DNA of 64,000 bases from Deltaproteobacteria bacterium CG11_big_fil_rev_8_21_14_0_20_45_16 (GTDB lineage: Bacteria > Bdellovibrionota > UBA2394), in NCBI GenBank assembly GCA_002787535.1, contig PCXB01000037.1:3814-67813 (forward strand), read 5' to 3'. Below the pieces are notes generated by a model. The model saw only the letters and a list, made by a program, of their open reading frames with translations, searched no databases and was not told the DNA's origin. Both the position numbers and the translations under genes were made by a program. Below, in pieces: positions 48,152-57,629 of the stretch (its first letter is position 1; every line of letters starts with the position of its first letter).

Positions 48152-48913
48152 TCAGCCTCGTAAGCGGAGTTGGGACTCAATAGGCAAATGATCGCTCAGC
48201 CGGTTCCAATTGCCTTGATGCAAGACACAGGCAGATTCGATATCAAATCCTCGAACATAAATTCGATCTAATCGAAATAATGGAAAAAAACTTGGGAAAG
48301 TTCGTGCATAAGATTTTTGAAGAAATCGAAAGCATTCCGTTAGCCCAATTTCTCTCTCAAAATAACGGTCCAGCTTATGATTCCAGTCATTAAAATCCCC
48401 CGAGACTATAACAGCATCTTCTGGATCCAAGCCTCGCAAAATCTCATTTAGACAACCCAATTGGTACTGTCTAAATTTTGCTAACAAGCCAAAATGAATA
48501 CAAAACGTATGCATTACCCGCGACTCATGGCCCGGAACGGCAACCTCACACCAAAGAATTCCTCGATTCTCCAACTTGTTGGCCGACACATCTAAATTCT
48601 GCCACTTCCGAATAGGAAATTTTGACAACAACACGTTACCATGATGGCCATGGGGATAAACAGAATTTCGTCCATAGGCAAAGTCTGTCCAAATCTGGTC
48701 CGCCATATACTCACATTGCGATTCGTCAGGCCAATCTGGCACTTTTTCTCGATGATGATGATGCTCCCCTTGTACTTCTTGCAAGAACACCAGATCTGCA
48801 CCCACGGCTCTAATACCCTCACGCAAATCACTAAGAATAAAGCGTCTATTGTCGGTTGAAAAACCCTTGTGAATATTCAGCGAAATAACTTTGAGGCGGC
48901 GCGCTTCTTCCAT
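48152..48913 (-). CDS. Endonuclease/exonuclease/phosphatase (EEP) family protein
   Basis: ISLNIHKG N-terminal motif and a C-terminal SDHLPI motif. Confidence 0.7.
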   Translation of the reverse strand: MEEARRLKVISLNIHKGFSTDNRRFILSDLREGIRAVGADLVFLQEVQGEHHHHREKVPDWPDESQCEYMADQIWTDFAYGRNSVYPHGHHGNVLLSKFPIRKWQNLDVSANKLENRGILWCEVAVPGHESRVMHTFCIHFGLLAKFRQYQLGCLNEILRGLDPEDAVIVSGDFNDWNHKLDRYFEREIGLTECFRFLQKSYARTFPSFFPLFRLDRIYVRGFDIESACVLHQGNWNRLSDHLPIESQLRLRG

Positions 48914-48938
48914 TAGACTCTACAAACAGAAATATCTT

Positions 48939-49313
48939 ATGCAATATATCTTAATCGGACTAGGTGGAATTGTAGGAGCTCTAAGCCGAGCCTTAATCTT
49001 TCAGCTTTTTATAAACCACAATCTGGCGCATTGGGCGACCGCGCTCGTCAACATCCTTGGATCCTTTGTAATCGGGGGCCTCTTTGCAATGGGAAGTAAA
49101 TTAGGCTGGGGTAGTTCCGGTTTTTACTTTTTGGTGGCTGTTGGTTTTATGGGCTCATTCACAACTTTTTCGGCCTTCAGTCTAGATATTCTAAAAAATC
49201 TTCAGAGTGCGGACTTTCTTGGCGCTTGCGCTCATATAAGCGTCAATCTATTTGGCTCTCTTGTCGCCGTTATAATTGGCTACAAAAGTTTTCAATGGCT
49301 CCACTTGGCATGA
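48939..49313 (+). CDS. crcB: Fluoride ion channel CrcB/Fluc
   Basis: GGIVGALSR and GSFTTFSAFS signatures. Start placed at MQYILIGLGG. Confidence 0.8.
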   Translation: MQYILIGLGGIVGALSRALIFQLFINHNLAHWATALVNILGSFVIGGLFAMGSKLGWGSSGFYFLVAVGFMGSFTTFSAFSLDILKNLQSADFLGACAHISVNLFGSLVAVIIGYKSFQWLHLA

Positions 49314-50074
49314 ATCGATCCGAAAAAGCGATTATTTTAGGTTCAGGTTACACAGGTAAATTTTTGAAACCACAGCTAGAAGCTGCTGGCTTTGTAGTAA
49401 AAGAGTCGAATAGAAGTGGGAGTAAAGATTTTGATTTTTCTTTCGAAGACCCAACATCTTGGGGCAATATTCCAAAGGATACGTCTATTAGCTTTGCTCT
49501 GTTTGCCGCCGAGTCTCCCGAAGCAGCCCAAAAATTCGCCAGTAAGATTCTACCCCAATTCAAAAAATTTTTAATTGTCAGTACCGCCAGATTATTCAAA
49601 ACCACTCATGCTGACGAAATCGTCACCGAGAGCTCTGCTTTGGATACGAATTCTTTGCGATTTCAATCCGAAGAAATTCTCCGAAATTCTGGCGCCATTG
49701 TCATTCATGCCGCAGGTATTTATGGCCCCGGACGAAGTCCAGTTTCTTGGCTTAAGCGCGGCCTTATCAAAGACACGAACAAAATTTTAAATCTTATTCA
49801 TGTCGAAGACCTGTGCGGCTTCTTAGTTGCTGCAGCGTTAAAGGCTTTGCCTGGATCGCGCTTTATCGCGAGTGACAGCAAGTCGTATCGATGGGAAGAA
49901 ATTATGACCCATCTCAAAGCTCTAGGAATCGAGTTGCCAAGCATCCCTTCAAGTACCGAAAAGCCCACTCTTTCCAAGCAGATACGCTCTCAACGCAGTC
50001 GAGAGCAGCTGGGAGTCAAATTAAGCTATCCCGATCTGTTCACGGCTCTAAAAGATTCCTCTTTTTTCGCTTAA
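49310..50074 (+). CDS. NAD(P)-binding Rossmann-fold protein, NAD-dependent epimerase/dehydratase-like
   Basis: AIILGSGYTGKF glycine-rich motif. ATGA overlap with the crcB stop. Confidence 0.5.
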   Translation: MNRSEKAIILGSGYTGKFLKPQLEAAGFVVKESNRSGSKDFDFSFEDPTSWGNIPKDTSISFALFAAESPEAAQKFASKILPQFKKFLIVSTARLFKTTHADEIVTESSALDTNSLRFQSEEILRNSGAIVIHAAGIYGPGRSPVSWLKRGLIKDTNKILNLIHVEDLCGFLVAAALKALPGSRFIASDSKSYRWEEIMTHLKALGIELPSIPSSTEKPTLSKQIRSQRSREQLGVKLSYPDLFTALKDSSFFA

Positions 50075-50121
50075 CCTAATAGGCCTCTCTTCAGTAAGGC
50101 CTGTCTTGTTAGGAGATTTTT

Positions 50122-51123
50122 ATGTTTAAAGGCCTCATCTCAATCAGCATTTTGGCGCTTTCCTTGGTAGCCTGCACCCGCAGCTCATCCCAAAATCAGC
50201 CACTCTTCATTTATACTACCATGGACGAACCTATTGTTCGCCAGATTGTGGCAGCCTACGAAAAAGAGACGGGCGAAGAAGTGGAATTTGTTCGCCTATC
50301 AACCGGTGAAGCCGCGGCTCGAATCGAAACTGAAAAGAATAATCCTCAGGCTTCACTTTGGCTTGGAGGAGTTGGTCTCAGCCATGTTCAAATTAAACAG
50401 AAAGGCTTAACCGCTGCCTACCAGCATACATCCTGGAATAAAATTCCTGCGGCGCTAAAAGATGGAGATGGTTATTGGTCCGGCCTCTATATGGGAGTGC
50501 TTTCATTTGCTTCTAACTCTAAACAGCTCAAAAGATTGGGCCTGAAAAAACCAACTTCATGGATTGATTTGCTGGATAAGAAATTGGAAGGTCAGGTTCA
50601 GATTTCAAACCCTGGAAGCTCGGGAACATCATACAACTTAATAGCGGCATTAATTGTTCAGGATGGTGAAACTGGCGCTTTTGATTATTTCAAAAAGCTG
50701 AATCATAATATTTCCCAGTACACACGCTCTGGCTCGGCACCGGCCAAAAATGTTGCTATCGGCGAAGCAACCATCGCCGTTGGTTATGCGCATGATATCG
50801 TTCGATTGATTCATGACGATAAGGCGCCGCTCGAACTGTCTTTCCCCAAGGAAGGAACGGGTTATGAAATTGCATCCATCTCTCTTATAAAAGATGGCAA
50901 ACAACTAGAAAAAGCTAAAAAATTCTACGATTGGATGTACAGTCCCACTGCCTCCCAAGTTATGGCTGACTATTATTTTGTTCCAATTGTTTCTGAAGGC
51001 ATCCAATTAAAAGCAGATTCCATCAATCCTAAAGACATCAAACTTATCAATGTCGATTTGGAATGGGCCGGCAAGGAACGTGACCGACTTATCAACTTAT
51101 GGAACGAAAAAATTAACGGCTAA
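50122..51123 (+). CDS. ABC transporter periplasmic substrate-binding protein, iron(III)-type (FbpA/AfuA-like)
   Basis: Lipoprotein or signal peptide. Family-1 SBP of about 330 aa, upstream of a two-domain permease and a TOBE-containing ATPase. Confidence 0.6.
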   Translation: MFKGLISISILALSLVACTRSSSQNQPLFIYTTMDEPIVRQIVAAYEKETGEEVEFVRLSTGEAAARIETEKNNPQASLWLGGVGLSHVQIKQKGLTAAYQHTSWNKIPAALKDGDGYWSGLYMGVLSFASNSKQLKRLGLKKPTSWIDLLDKKLEGQVQISNPGSSGTSYNLIAALIVQDGETGAFDYFKKLNHNISQYTRSGSAPAKNVAIGEATIAVGYAHDIVRLIHDDKAPLELSFPKEGTGYEIASISLIKDGKQLEKAKKFYDWMYSPTASQVMADYYFVPIVSEGIQLKADSINPKDIKLINVDLEWAGKERDRLINLWNEKING

Positions 51124-51128
51124 ACGAA

Positions 51129-52772
51129 ATGTCAAGCTTTGGCTGGATACGGCGAGATCCCAGCATCGCCATAAGCTCGACGATTATTTTTATATTAATC
51201 GCGATTTTTGTACTTTATCCGGTTTATTGTTCTTTGCAGCTGTCAACCTCCGGCGCAGACTTTTGGTCCTTTCCGACCTATCGCTATGTTTTTGAAAAGC
51301 CTTGGTTGAGACGAAGTCTCTGGAACTCTCTTCTACTAGGAATTACGACGGCCTCTATTTCAAGTATCATTGGTTTCATTTTTGCCTTTGTCTGCGTTCG
51401 AGTACAAACCCCCGCAAAAAATATGTTTCGCTTTATGGCAACCCTTCCGATTATATCTCCGCCTTTTATGCTCACGCTTTCGATGATTTTGTTATTTGGA
51501 AAAAGCGGTTTTATTACGAACGAATTACTGGGACTCGAAAATTTTGATATTTATGGTTTCCCTGGATTAGTCGTCGTACAAAGCATTTCGATGTTTCCCA
51601 TTGCTTACTTAACGATTTCCGGGGTTTTGCTTGGTATCGATAGCTCCATTGAAGACGCTGCCGCGAACTTGGGCGCGGGAGGTTGGAAAGTATTTCGAAG
51701 TGTCACTCTTCCATTGGCCACGCCTGGCGTCATAGCCTCTTGGCTGCTCGTTTTCGTAACCTCACTTGCTGACTTTGCAAATCCGATGATTCTAGCTGGA
51801 AAGTTTGATGTGTTATCTGTACAGGCTTATTTGCAATTTACTGGGATGGGCAATTTGCCCTTAGGGGCCGCTCTTTCAAACCTCCTTCTTATCCCCTGCA
51901 TCACGGCCTATTTATTTCAACGATACTATGTAGGACGGAAATCGTATGTCAGTATCACAGGAAAGCCGAAGCTTTACCATCGCGAGATGGCATCGACTTC
52001 CGTAAAGTGTTTGCTAGTTTTTTTTATAAGCCTCATTTCGCTGTTTATCATTCTTCTTTATGTAACGGTTTTGGCGGGTTGCTTTACTAAATCATGGGGG
52101 ATTGATTACCGTTTTAGCCTTGAAAACTTTGCCTATGTTTGGGACGTGGGCTGGGAAAGCATCCGATCTACAGTATTGATTTCGAGCATCGCCACTCCGA
52201 TCGCTGGAACGGCTGGCGTTTTCATAGCCTTTTTGCTCGTTCGTAAAAAATTTCCAGGAAAACTCGCCCTCGAAATTGCCTGCCTACTGCCTTTTGCACT
52301 ACCCGGCACGACTTTTGGAATTGGCTACGCCCTGGCTTTCAATCAACCACCCCTTCTACTTACCGGCACGGCTAGCATTATTATCTTGTCGTTTATTTTT
52401 AGACATATGCCGGCCGGGATGGAGGCCGCCAAAGCCTCACTTCAGCAAATTGATCCTGCTATAGACGAGGCGGCACGCAACTTAGGCGCATCGCCTGTCC
52501 GCAGCTTTAAGGATGTAACGCTCCCTCTGATTAAACCAGCATGGTTTACGGGAATGGCTTATGTTTTTGTTCATTGTATGACAGCCGTAAGTGCCGTGAT
52601 CTTCCTTGTTTCGGCCAAATGGAACCATATGACCGTGTTAATCTTGGCTCAAACTGAGATTCTTCGCTTCAGCGCGGCCTCGATTTTGTGTTTGATCCTA
52701 ATTCTAATCGTGCTTGCTGCTTTTGCAATCATCAAACTTTTGCTAGGAAAATCTCCCATCACGTCATCATGA
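51129..52772 (+). CDS. ABC transporter permease with two fused transmembrane domains (FbpB-like)
   Basis: 547 aa with two EAA-loop regions (LGAGGWKVFRSVTLP, LGASPVRSFKDVTLP). Confidence 0.75.
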   Translation: MSSFGWIRRDPSIAISSTIIFILIAIFVLYPVYCSLQLSTSGADFWSFPTYRYVFEKPWLRRSLWNSLLLGITTASISSIIGFIFAFVCVRVQTPAKNMFRFMATLPIISPPFMLTLSMILLFGKSGFITNELLGLENFDIYGFPGLVVVQSISMFPIAYLTISGVLLGIDSSIEDAAANLGAGGWKVFRSVTLPLATPGVIASWLLVFVTSLADFANPMILAGKFDVLSVQAYLQFTGMGNLPLGAALSNLLLIPCITAYLFQRYYVGRKSYVSITGKPKLYHREMASTSVKCLLVFFISLISLFIILLYVTVLAGCFTKSWGIDYRFSLENFAYVWDVGWESIRSTVLISSIATPIAGTAGVFIAFLLVRKKFPGKLALEIACLLPFALPGTTFGIGYALAFNQPPLLLTGTASIIILSFIFRHMPAGMEAAKASLQQIDPAIDEAARNLGASPVRSFKDVTLPLIKPAWFTGMAYVFVHCMTAVSAVIFLVSAKWNHMTVLILAQTEILRFSAASILCLILILIVLAAFAIIKLLLGKSPITSS

Positions 52773-53848
52773 GTACACATCTTAAAATTGAGGGCTTGGA
52801 GAAAATATTTACGGATCGAGATTCCAAGAGAGATTTCGTCGCCGTCAATAATTTCAATCTTAGTGTCCCCCAAGGGCATCTTGTCACACTGCTTGGACCT
52901 TCTGGATGTGGAAAAACTACTGTCTTGCGAATGATCGCGGGCTTCGAGGAAGCCAGCTCCGGAAAAATTTATTTAAATGATCGGAACATTACGGAAACTC
53001 CGCCTCATCTAAGAAACGCGGCTATGGTTTTTCAAAGTTACGCACTCTTTCCCCATTTTAATGTCCGAGAAAATATTTTATATGGACTCAAAATCCGCAA
53101 AATTCATAAAGACTTGTGTGAAGAAAAGCTGTCTGTCTGCCTCGATCGAGTCGGCTTAAAAGGCTTGGAAAATCGTAGGCCTAGCGAACTCTCAGGCGGG
53201 CAACAGCAACGGGTGGCTCTGGCTAGAGCTATTATCGTCGAACCAGAAATTCTCTTATTTGATGAGCCGCTCTCGAATTTGGACGCCAAACTTCGCGAGG
53301 CGATGCGAAATGAAATTCGGGACATTCAACAGTCCCTTAAAATTACTTCTGTGTATGTGACTCACGATCAATCAGAGGCCATGGCCATTTCGGATACTGT
53401 AATTGTCATGCGAAAAGGTGAGATTGAACAAGAGGGGACGGCCATGGAAATATTCAATCAGCCTACGAGCGCTTTCGTTGCAGATTTTATGGGAGCGACC
53501 AATATTTTTCCGACGGAATTAGAATTGACTTCGGATGGTCGCTATAGAGCCAAGGTCTTGGGAAACTGGACTGCGCTGGCGCAGGCCCCAAAGACGCAAC
53601 CGAAGAAGGCCGGCTGTGTGCTTAGGCCGGAATTTTTGAGACTAAGTCAAAAGGAGAGCCCTTGGGAAATTCAGTTGATTGGTCACTCTTACCTAGGTCT
53701 ATTTCATGAGTTCCGAGGGAAGTTAAGGTCGGGCGAAAACATCGTAACCCGTCAAGAACACATGGATTTCGACCTTAAAGCCAAAAAAGCCTATCTTCAT
53801 GTCGACACAAAAAATCTTGCTGTCGTCGAAATGGCTCCATCTAAATAA
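52769..53848 (+). CDS. ABC transporter ATP-binding protein with a C-terminal TOBE domain (FbpC/PotA-like)
   Basis: Walker A (GPSGCGKTT), signature LSGGQQQRV, Walker B (LLFDEP). ATGA overlap with the permease stop. Confidence 0.8.
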   Translation: MSTHLKIEGLEKIFTDRDSKRDFVAVNNFNLSVPQGHLVTLLGPSGCGKTTVLRMIAGFEEASSGKIYLNDRNITETPPHLRNAAMVFQSYALFPHFNVRENILYGLKIRKIHKDLCEEKLSVCLDRVGLKGLENRRPSELSGGQQQRVALARAIIVEPEILLFDEPLSNLDAKLREAMRNEIRDIQQSLKITSVYVTHDQSEAMAISDTVIVMRKGEIEQEGTAMEIFNQPTSAFVADFMGATNIFPTELELTSDGRYRAKVLGNWTALAQAPKTQPKKAGCVLRPEFLRLSQKESPWEIQLIGHSYLGLFHEFRGKLRSGENIVTRQEHMDFDLKAKKAYLHVDTKNLAVVEMAPSK

Positions 53849-53953
53849 GTTTACATATTATACCTTAATGAAGCCTTAATCCAAATATGCTTTGGCAGCT
53901 GGAAAATGCTCCTGATAACTATCATTTGGGAGAAAACGGGATCCCACAAAAAT

Positions 53954-55894
53954 ATGTCTTCTTTAAGAAAATGCTTCTTGGGATTCTTTGTGCTGGCCTT
54001 AATGCCCCTAGCTTCCTTTGCTCAAGAGGAAGTAACAGAAGTCGATTCAGTAGAGCTGAGTCTTCCCGATGAAATACCGACATTAGAAACAGTTCAAAAT
54101 TTTGACCAAAGTTTTGACGTTGAGGAATCCATTCTCGCAGGGCATCCCTGGGATGAAAGTCTTGGGCTAACACTGACTTCCCTAAGAGAGTCTGCTGTTC
54201 CTGACCCGGAAGTTCTCGAGGAATTTGTGGGGCGCTATACTTATGCTGTTGATGGAGCTCTACAAGCAGCGAAGAGGAAGGGATTATTTCGATCAATCGA
54301 GGTGGCCTACGAACATCACTTTGGTATGGAAGGAAAAGATGATTTTTTAAAAGCCGTCACTTCCGAGGCCTCCAATGCTCGCAATGAGCCGCAAAGAGAT
54401 CCCCAGGTCCAAGGCCAAGATAGCATCTATGAAAGCGTGCAAAAAGTATTCGACTCCGTCAATCGAGGGGTGAATTCAGAAGACTTTCTATCTGATGTTA
54501 GAAAAGTTTATGAGCAAGGTTTTGAAAAATGGGCCGTTCAAGAATTTCTGAACGAGATTGAAAAGGGTATTTATGACTTTAAGGAATCCGGTATTGCCCG
54601 AATCAAATTTGTGAATGTTGGAAGCAAAAAAGAGCCCGTCCTTATTGCTAAAGTTGTCGTTAGCGGTAAGAAGGCTTCCATTTTGGTTCTCAATTTAAAA
54701 CTGAGTCTCAATAGGAAGCGAATTAATGATTCGCACACTAGAACTCAGAAATATCGTAAACGTCTAATGTGGAAGTATAAGACGAACGTACTGATCACAA
54801 GCCTCGATGATGCTGGCCATATGATTCCCATGAGCTACTATATACATAAGAAGAATATTTTTACCTTCTTGCCGCGCTATGTGGATCAAGCTTACGAAAA
54901 TCCCACTGTTAATAGCGTCGCCGTCGCTCTATTCTCCACTTCACTTCAACTTTCAATACTTGTCGGCGGGTTTTGGGTCGATGCTAATTACTTGAGACAC
55001 CTAAATGACCCCAGCCTGCTAGGAGCGATTCAAAATAACTTACCTGCCCTGCTTGTTGGTGGAAGTTATGGACTCTTTTGTTCAAGCTTTTCTGATTTTT
55101 ATGATCGATTAATCCGTCATCCTATTCCTATCATCGAAACCTTAATTAAAACCGGTTATGTCCTCCCGGCCAACTACGCCATTATGGCTCTGACCAAGGG
55201 ATGGGCTAACCCGACCGCAATTATCTTTGCGCCAGTTCTAAGTATGGGGGAAAAGCTGGCTTCGACTTATATGATTCGTAAGATTCGAATTCAACAAGAA
55301 GAAGGCTTGCTTCAAGATCATTATGAAATTCGACTCTCCGGTCTTATTCATTGGATTGGAAACAATCCAGATGACCTGGTTCACAAGCGTTATCCCGACC
55401 TTAAACTTGAAAACCTTAGTCGCTTGGAACGGGCTCAATATTTACGCGAAGCGATTGAAATGCAACGTGGCCTTCAAATTCTTCAGAAACGCGGCTTGTT
55501 AAAAAACTTGATGAAACTAGTTTGGTTTCGAGCACCAAAGGTCATCTCCTGGAGAGAAATATTCGGAGGAGTTCGTCAAATATTAAAAGTAGGTGCGTTT
55601 ACCTTTGATCAACACTCCGGCGTCCCACTATTTTCAAGTTTAACTTATGTTGTGGCCTTTGTTTCCCATCGTTCTGCACAAAAAATGGTCAGAGATACTC
55701 GAGACGACTTTCAGCGACATGGTCAGGTTAGACGTGCCAAAATATTTAATGGCCACGATTTGAAACTACAGGATGAAGCTTGGTTAGTTCCCGGACTTCG
55801 CAGGCTGGTAATGGAAAAAATTCTTCGGCGCCCCCCGCGCCAAATTGGCTGCGATCGACAGTTGGGGAAGCTCACAACAAAACTAGCTGAATGA
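53954..55894 (+). CDS. Large hypothetical secreted or membrane protein
   Basis: Signal peptide (MSSLRKCFLGFFVLALMPLASFA). Acidic N-terminal region and central hydrophobic helices. No motif recognised. Confidence 0.35.
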   Translation: MSSLRKCFLGFFVLALMPLASFAQEEVTEVDSVELSLPDEIPTLETVQNFDQSFDVEESILAGHPWDESLGLTLTSLRESAVPDPEVLEEFVGRYTYAVDGALQAAKRKGLFRSIEVAYEHHFGMEGKDDFLKAVTSEASNARNEPQRDPQVQGQDSIYESVQKVFDSVNRGVNSEDFLSDVRKVYEQGFEKWAVQEFLNEIEKGIYDFKESGIARIKFVNVGSKKEPVLIAKVVVSGKKASILVLNLKLSLNRKRINDSHTRTQKYRKRLMWKYKTNVLITSLDDAGHMIPMSYYIHKKNIFTFLPRYVDQAYENPTVNSVAVALFSTSLQLSILVGGFWVDANYLRHLNDPSLLGAIQNNLPALLVGGSYGLFCSSFSDFYDRLIRHPIPIIETLIKTGYVLPANYAIMALTKGWANPTAIIFAPVLSMGEKLASTYMIRKIRIQQEEGLLQDHYEIRLSGLIHWIGNNPDDLVHKRYPDLKLENLSRLERAQYLREAIEMQRGLQILQKRGLLKNLMKLVWFRAPKVISWREIFGGVRQILKVGAFTFDQHSGVPLFSSLTYVVAFVSHRSAQKMVRDTRDDFQRHGQVRRAKIFNGHDLKLQDEAWLVPGLRRLVMEKILRRPPRQIGCDRQLGKLTTKLAE

Positions 55895-56245
55895 TTTGAG
55901 CCGGAAAGACCCATCGAAGGGGCGCAACTCAAGTTCGACCTGGAGATGCGCCCCTCCAACTTTAAAGGGTGGTGATCGCCTACTTGCGAGTCTTCCTAAG
56001 CGGTTCTAAGGCTTAGAAAGTTCCCCCGCTTTCGGTGATCACCCAGCGTTTTAAACGTCTATACATGGGCATCACCTCCTTTCCACCCCGTAGGGTTGAT
56101 AATCCATACTACTTGCGCCCCTGGCCCAAGTCAAAATCCTCTGCTTACGCTCTGCCCCGATTGATCCACCGCATTTCTTAAGGCTTCTTCTGTTCCCCTA
56201 GGTTTGCAGTCGCGATAAAATTAGTCTTTAGGCCAGAAAGGCGAA
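55895..56245. other. A roughly 350-nt non-coding, hairpin-rich region and candidate structured RNA or regulatory element (unidentified)
   Basis: No ORF above 20 aa. Nested 8-bp stem (GGGGCGCA...TGCGCCCC) enclosing a TTCGA hairpin. Further stems CTAAGC/GCTTAG and GAAAG/CTTTC. Locally GC-rich. Confidence 0.25.
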
Positions 56246-57610
56246 ATGACATCCGGTTTTGAAAATCTGTTAAGAAAGAATCAAGTTTCAAGCGATCCAT
56301 CGGACCTTCAAGTCTATGCAAAGGATTGGACGAATTACTTTGACATCAAGGCTTCGGTAATCTTATTCCCTGAGTCCACCGAGGATATTCAAAAAATCGT
56401 TCTATATGCGCGGGAGAACAAAATATCTCTTGTTCCATCGGGAGGCCGAACCGGGTTAAGTGGCGGCGCTGTCGCTTCAAAATCCGAAGCTGTTGTCTCG
56501 CTTCAGAGAATGAAAAAAATTATTTCATTCTCTGAAGCTGATCAGCTCGTACATTTGGAAGCTGGTGTTATCACAGAAGAGCTTCAGAATTTTGCCGAAG
56601 AAAAAGACCTTTATTTTCCTATAGAGTTTGCCTCAACTGGCTCCAGCCAAATAGGTGGAAATATCGCAACCAATGCCGGTGGCATTCATGTTTTAAAATA
56701 TGGCAATACTCGAAACTGGGTGGCCGGGTTGAAGGTTGTCACCGGAAGCGGTGAAATATTGGATCTAAATCATGGCTTGATTAAAAATGCTACGGGATTC
56801 GACCTTCGACACTTATTTATTGGAAGTGAAGGCTCTTTGGGTTTTATTACGGAAGCTTGGATTCGACTCACTCGACGGGCCTCAAAGAGAAGCCTGTTTT
56901 TGGTCGCCCTTCAGGACTGGTCCTCAGCGATAGAGCTATATGCATCACTACGAAAACAAACAGAACTTATTGCCTTTGAAGCCTTTACGAATGATTGTCT
57001 TGAAAAAGTAGTATCATCTCAGAATTACCAGAGACCTTTTTCCGAGACCTATCCTTTGTATGTTATTTTTGAAGCTGAAGAAAATGGGGAACTCGTTCAG
57101 TCTCTCATAGAACCACATTTGGATTCGCAGTTAATTCTTGATGCGACCACGTCCACGACGGCTGAACAATCTCGCCAGATTTGGTCGTATCGCGAGAATA
57201 TTTCTGAGAGCCTCGCATCATACAAACCTTACAAAAACGATATTTCCGTATTAAGCTCCCAAGTTCCTGAATTTATTTCGGAAGTCACCTCTCTTTTGGA
57301 GAGTAACTACAGGAATTTTGAAGTTCTTTGGTTTGGCCATATCGGTGATGGAAATTTACATATCAATATATTGAAACCTGATTCGCTTTCGACGCCCGAG
57401 TTCATCAACAAATGCAAGTCTGTCGATCTCAAGCTCTTTGAATGTGTCAAAAAATTTCATGGAAGCATCTCGGCTGAACACGGCGTGGGGCTTACGAAAA
57501 AAGCTTTTTTAAATTTCTCAAGATCTGAAGAGGAAATTGAAATCATGAGAAAGTTGAAACGCGCCTTTGACCCAGATGGTATCATGAATCCGGGGAAGAT
57601 CTTCGATTAA
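56246..57610 (+). CDS. FAD-linked oxidase (GlcD/D-lactate dehydrogenase family)
   Basis: FAD_binding_4 region (VPSGGRTGLSGGAV). C-terminal FAD-oxidase domain with HIGDGNLH. Confidence 0.75.
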   Translation: MTSGFENLLRKNQVSSDPSDLQVYAKDWTNYFDIKASVILFPESTEDIQKIVLYARENKISLVPSGGRTGLSGGAVASKSEAVVSLQRMKKIISFSEADQLVHLEAGVITEELQNFAEEKDLYFPIEFASTGSSQIGGNIATNAGGIHVLKYGNTRNWVAGLKVVTGSGEILDLNHGLIKNATGFDLRHLFIGSEGSLGFITEAWIRLTRRASKRSLFLVALQDWSSAIELYASLRKQTELIAFEAFTNDCLEKVVSSQNYQRPFSETYPLYVIFEAEENGELVQSLIEPHLDSQLILDATTSTTAEQSRQIWSYRENISESLASYKPYKNDISVLSSQVPEFISEVTSLLESNYRNFEVLWFGHIGDGNLHINILKPDSLSTPEFINKCKSVDLKLFECVKKFHGSISAEHGVGLTKKAFLNFSRSEEEIEIMRKLKRAFDPDGIMNPGKIFD

Positions 57611-57629
57611 GACGAACATTCTAAATTTC

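Noticed and set aside
55895-56245. Possible tmRNA, RNase P RNA, SRP RNA or 6S RNA in the 350-nt intergenic region
   Set aside because: I compared both strands with the consensus elements of tmRNA (GGGGCUGAUUCUGGAUUCGAC...UCCACCA), RNase P (GGAAAGUCCGGGCUCC / ACAGAA..GGCUUA), SRP (CCAGGUCAGGUCCGGAAGGAAGCAGC) and a tag-peptide reading frame. Only loose resemblances appeared, such as GGAUUUUGAC and GGAAAGACC. The region is kept only as an unidentified structured element.
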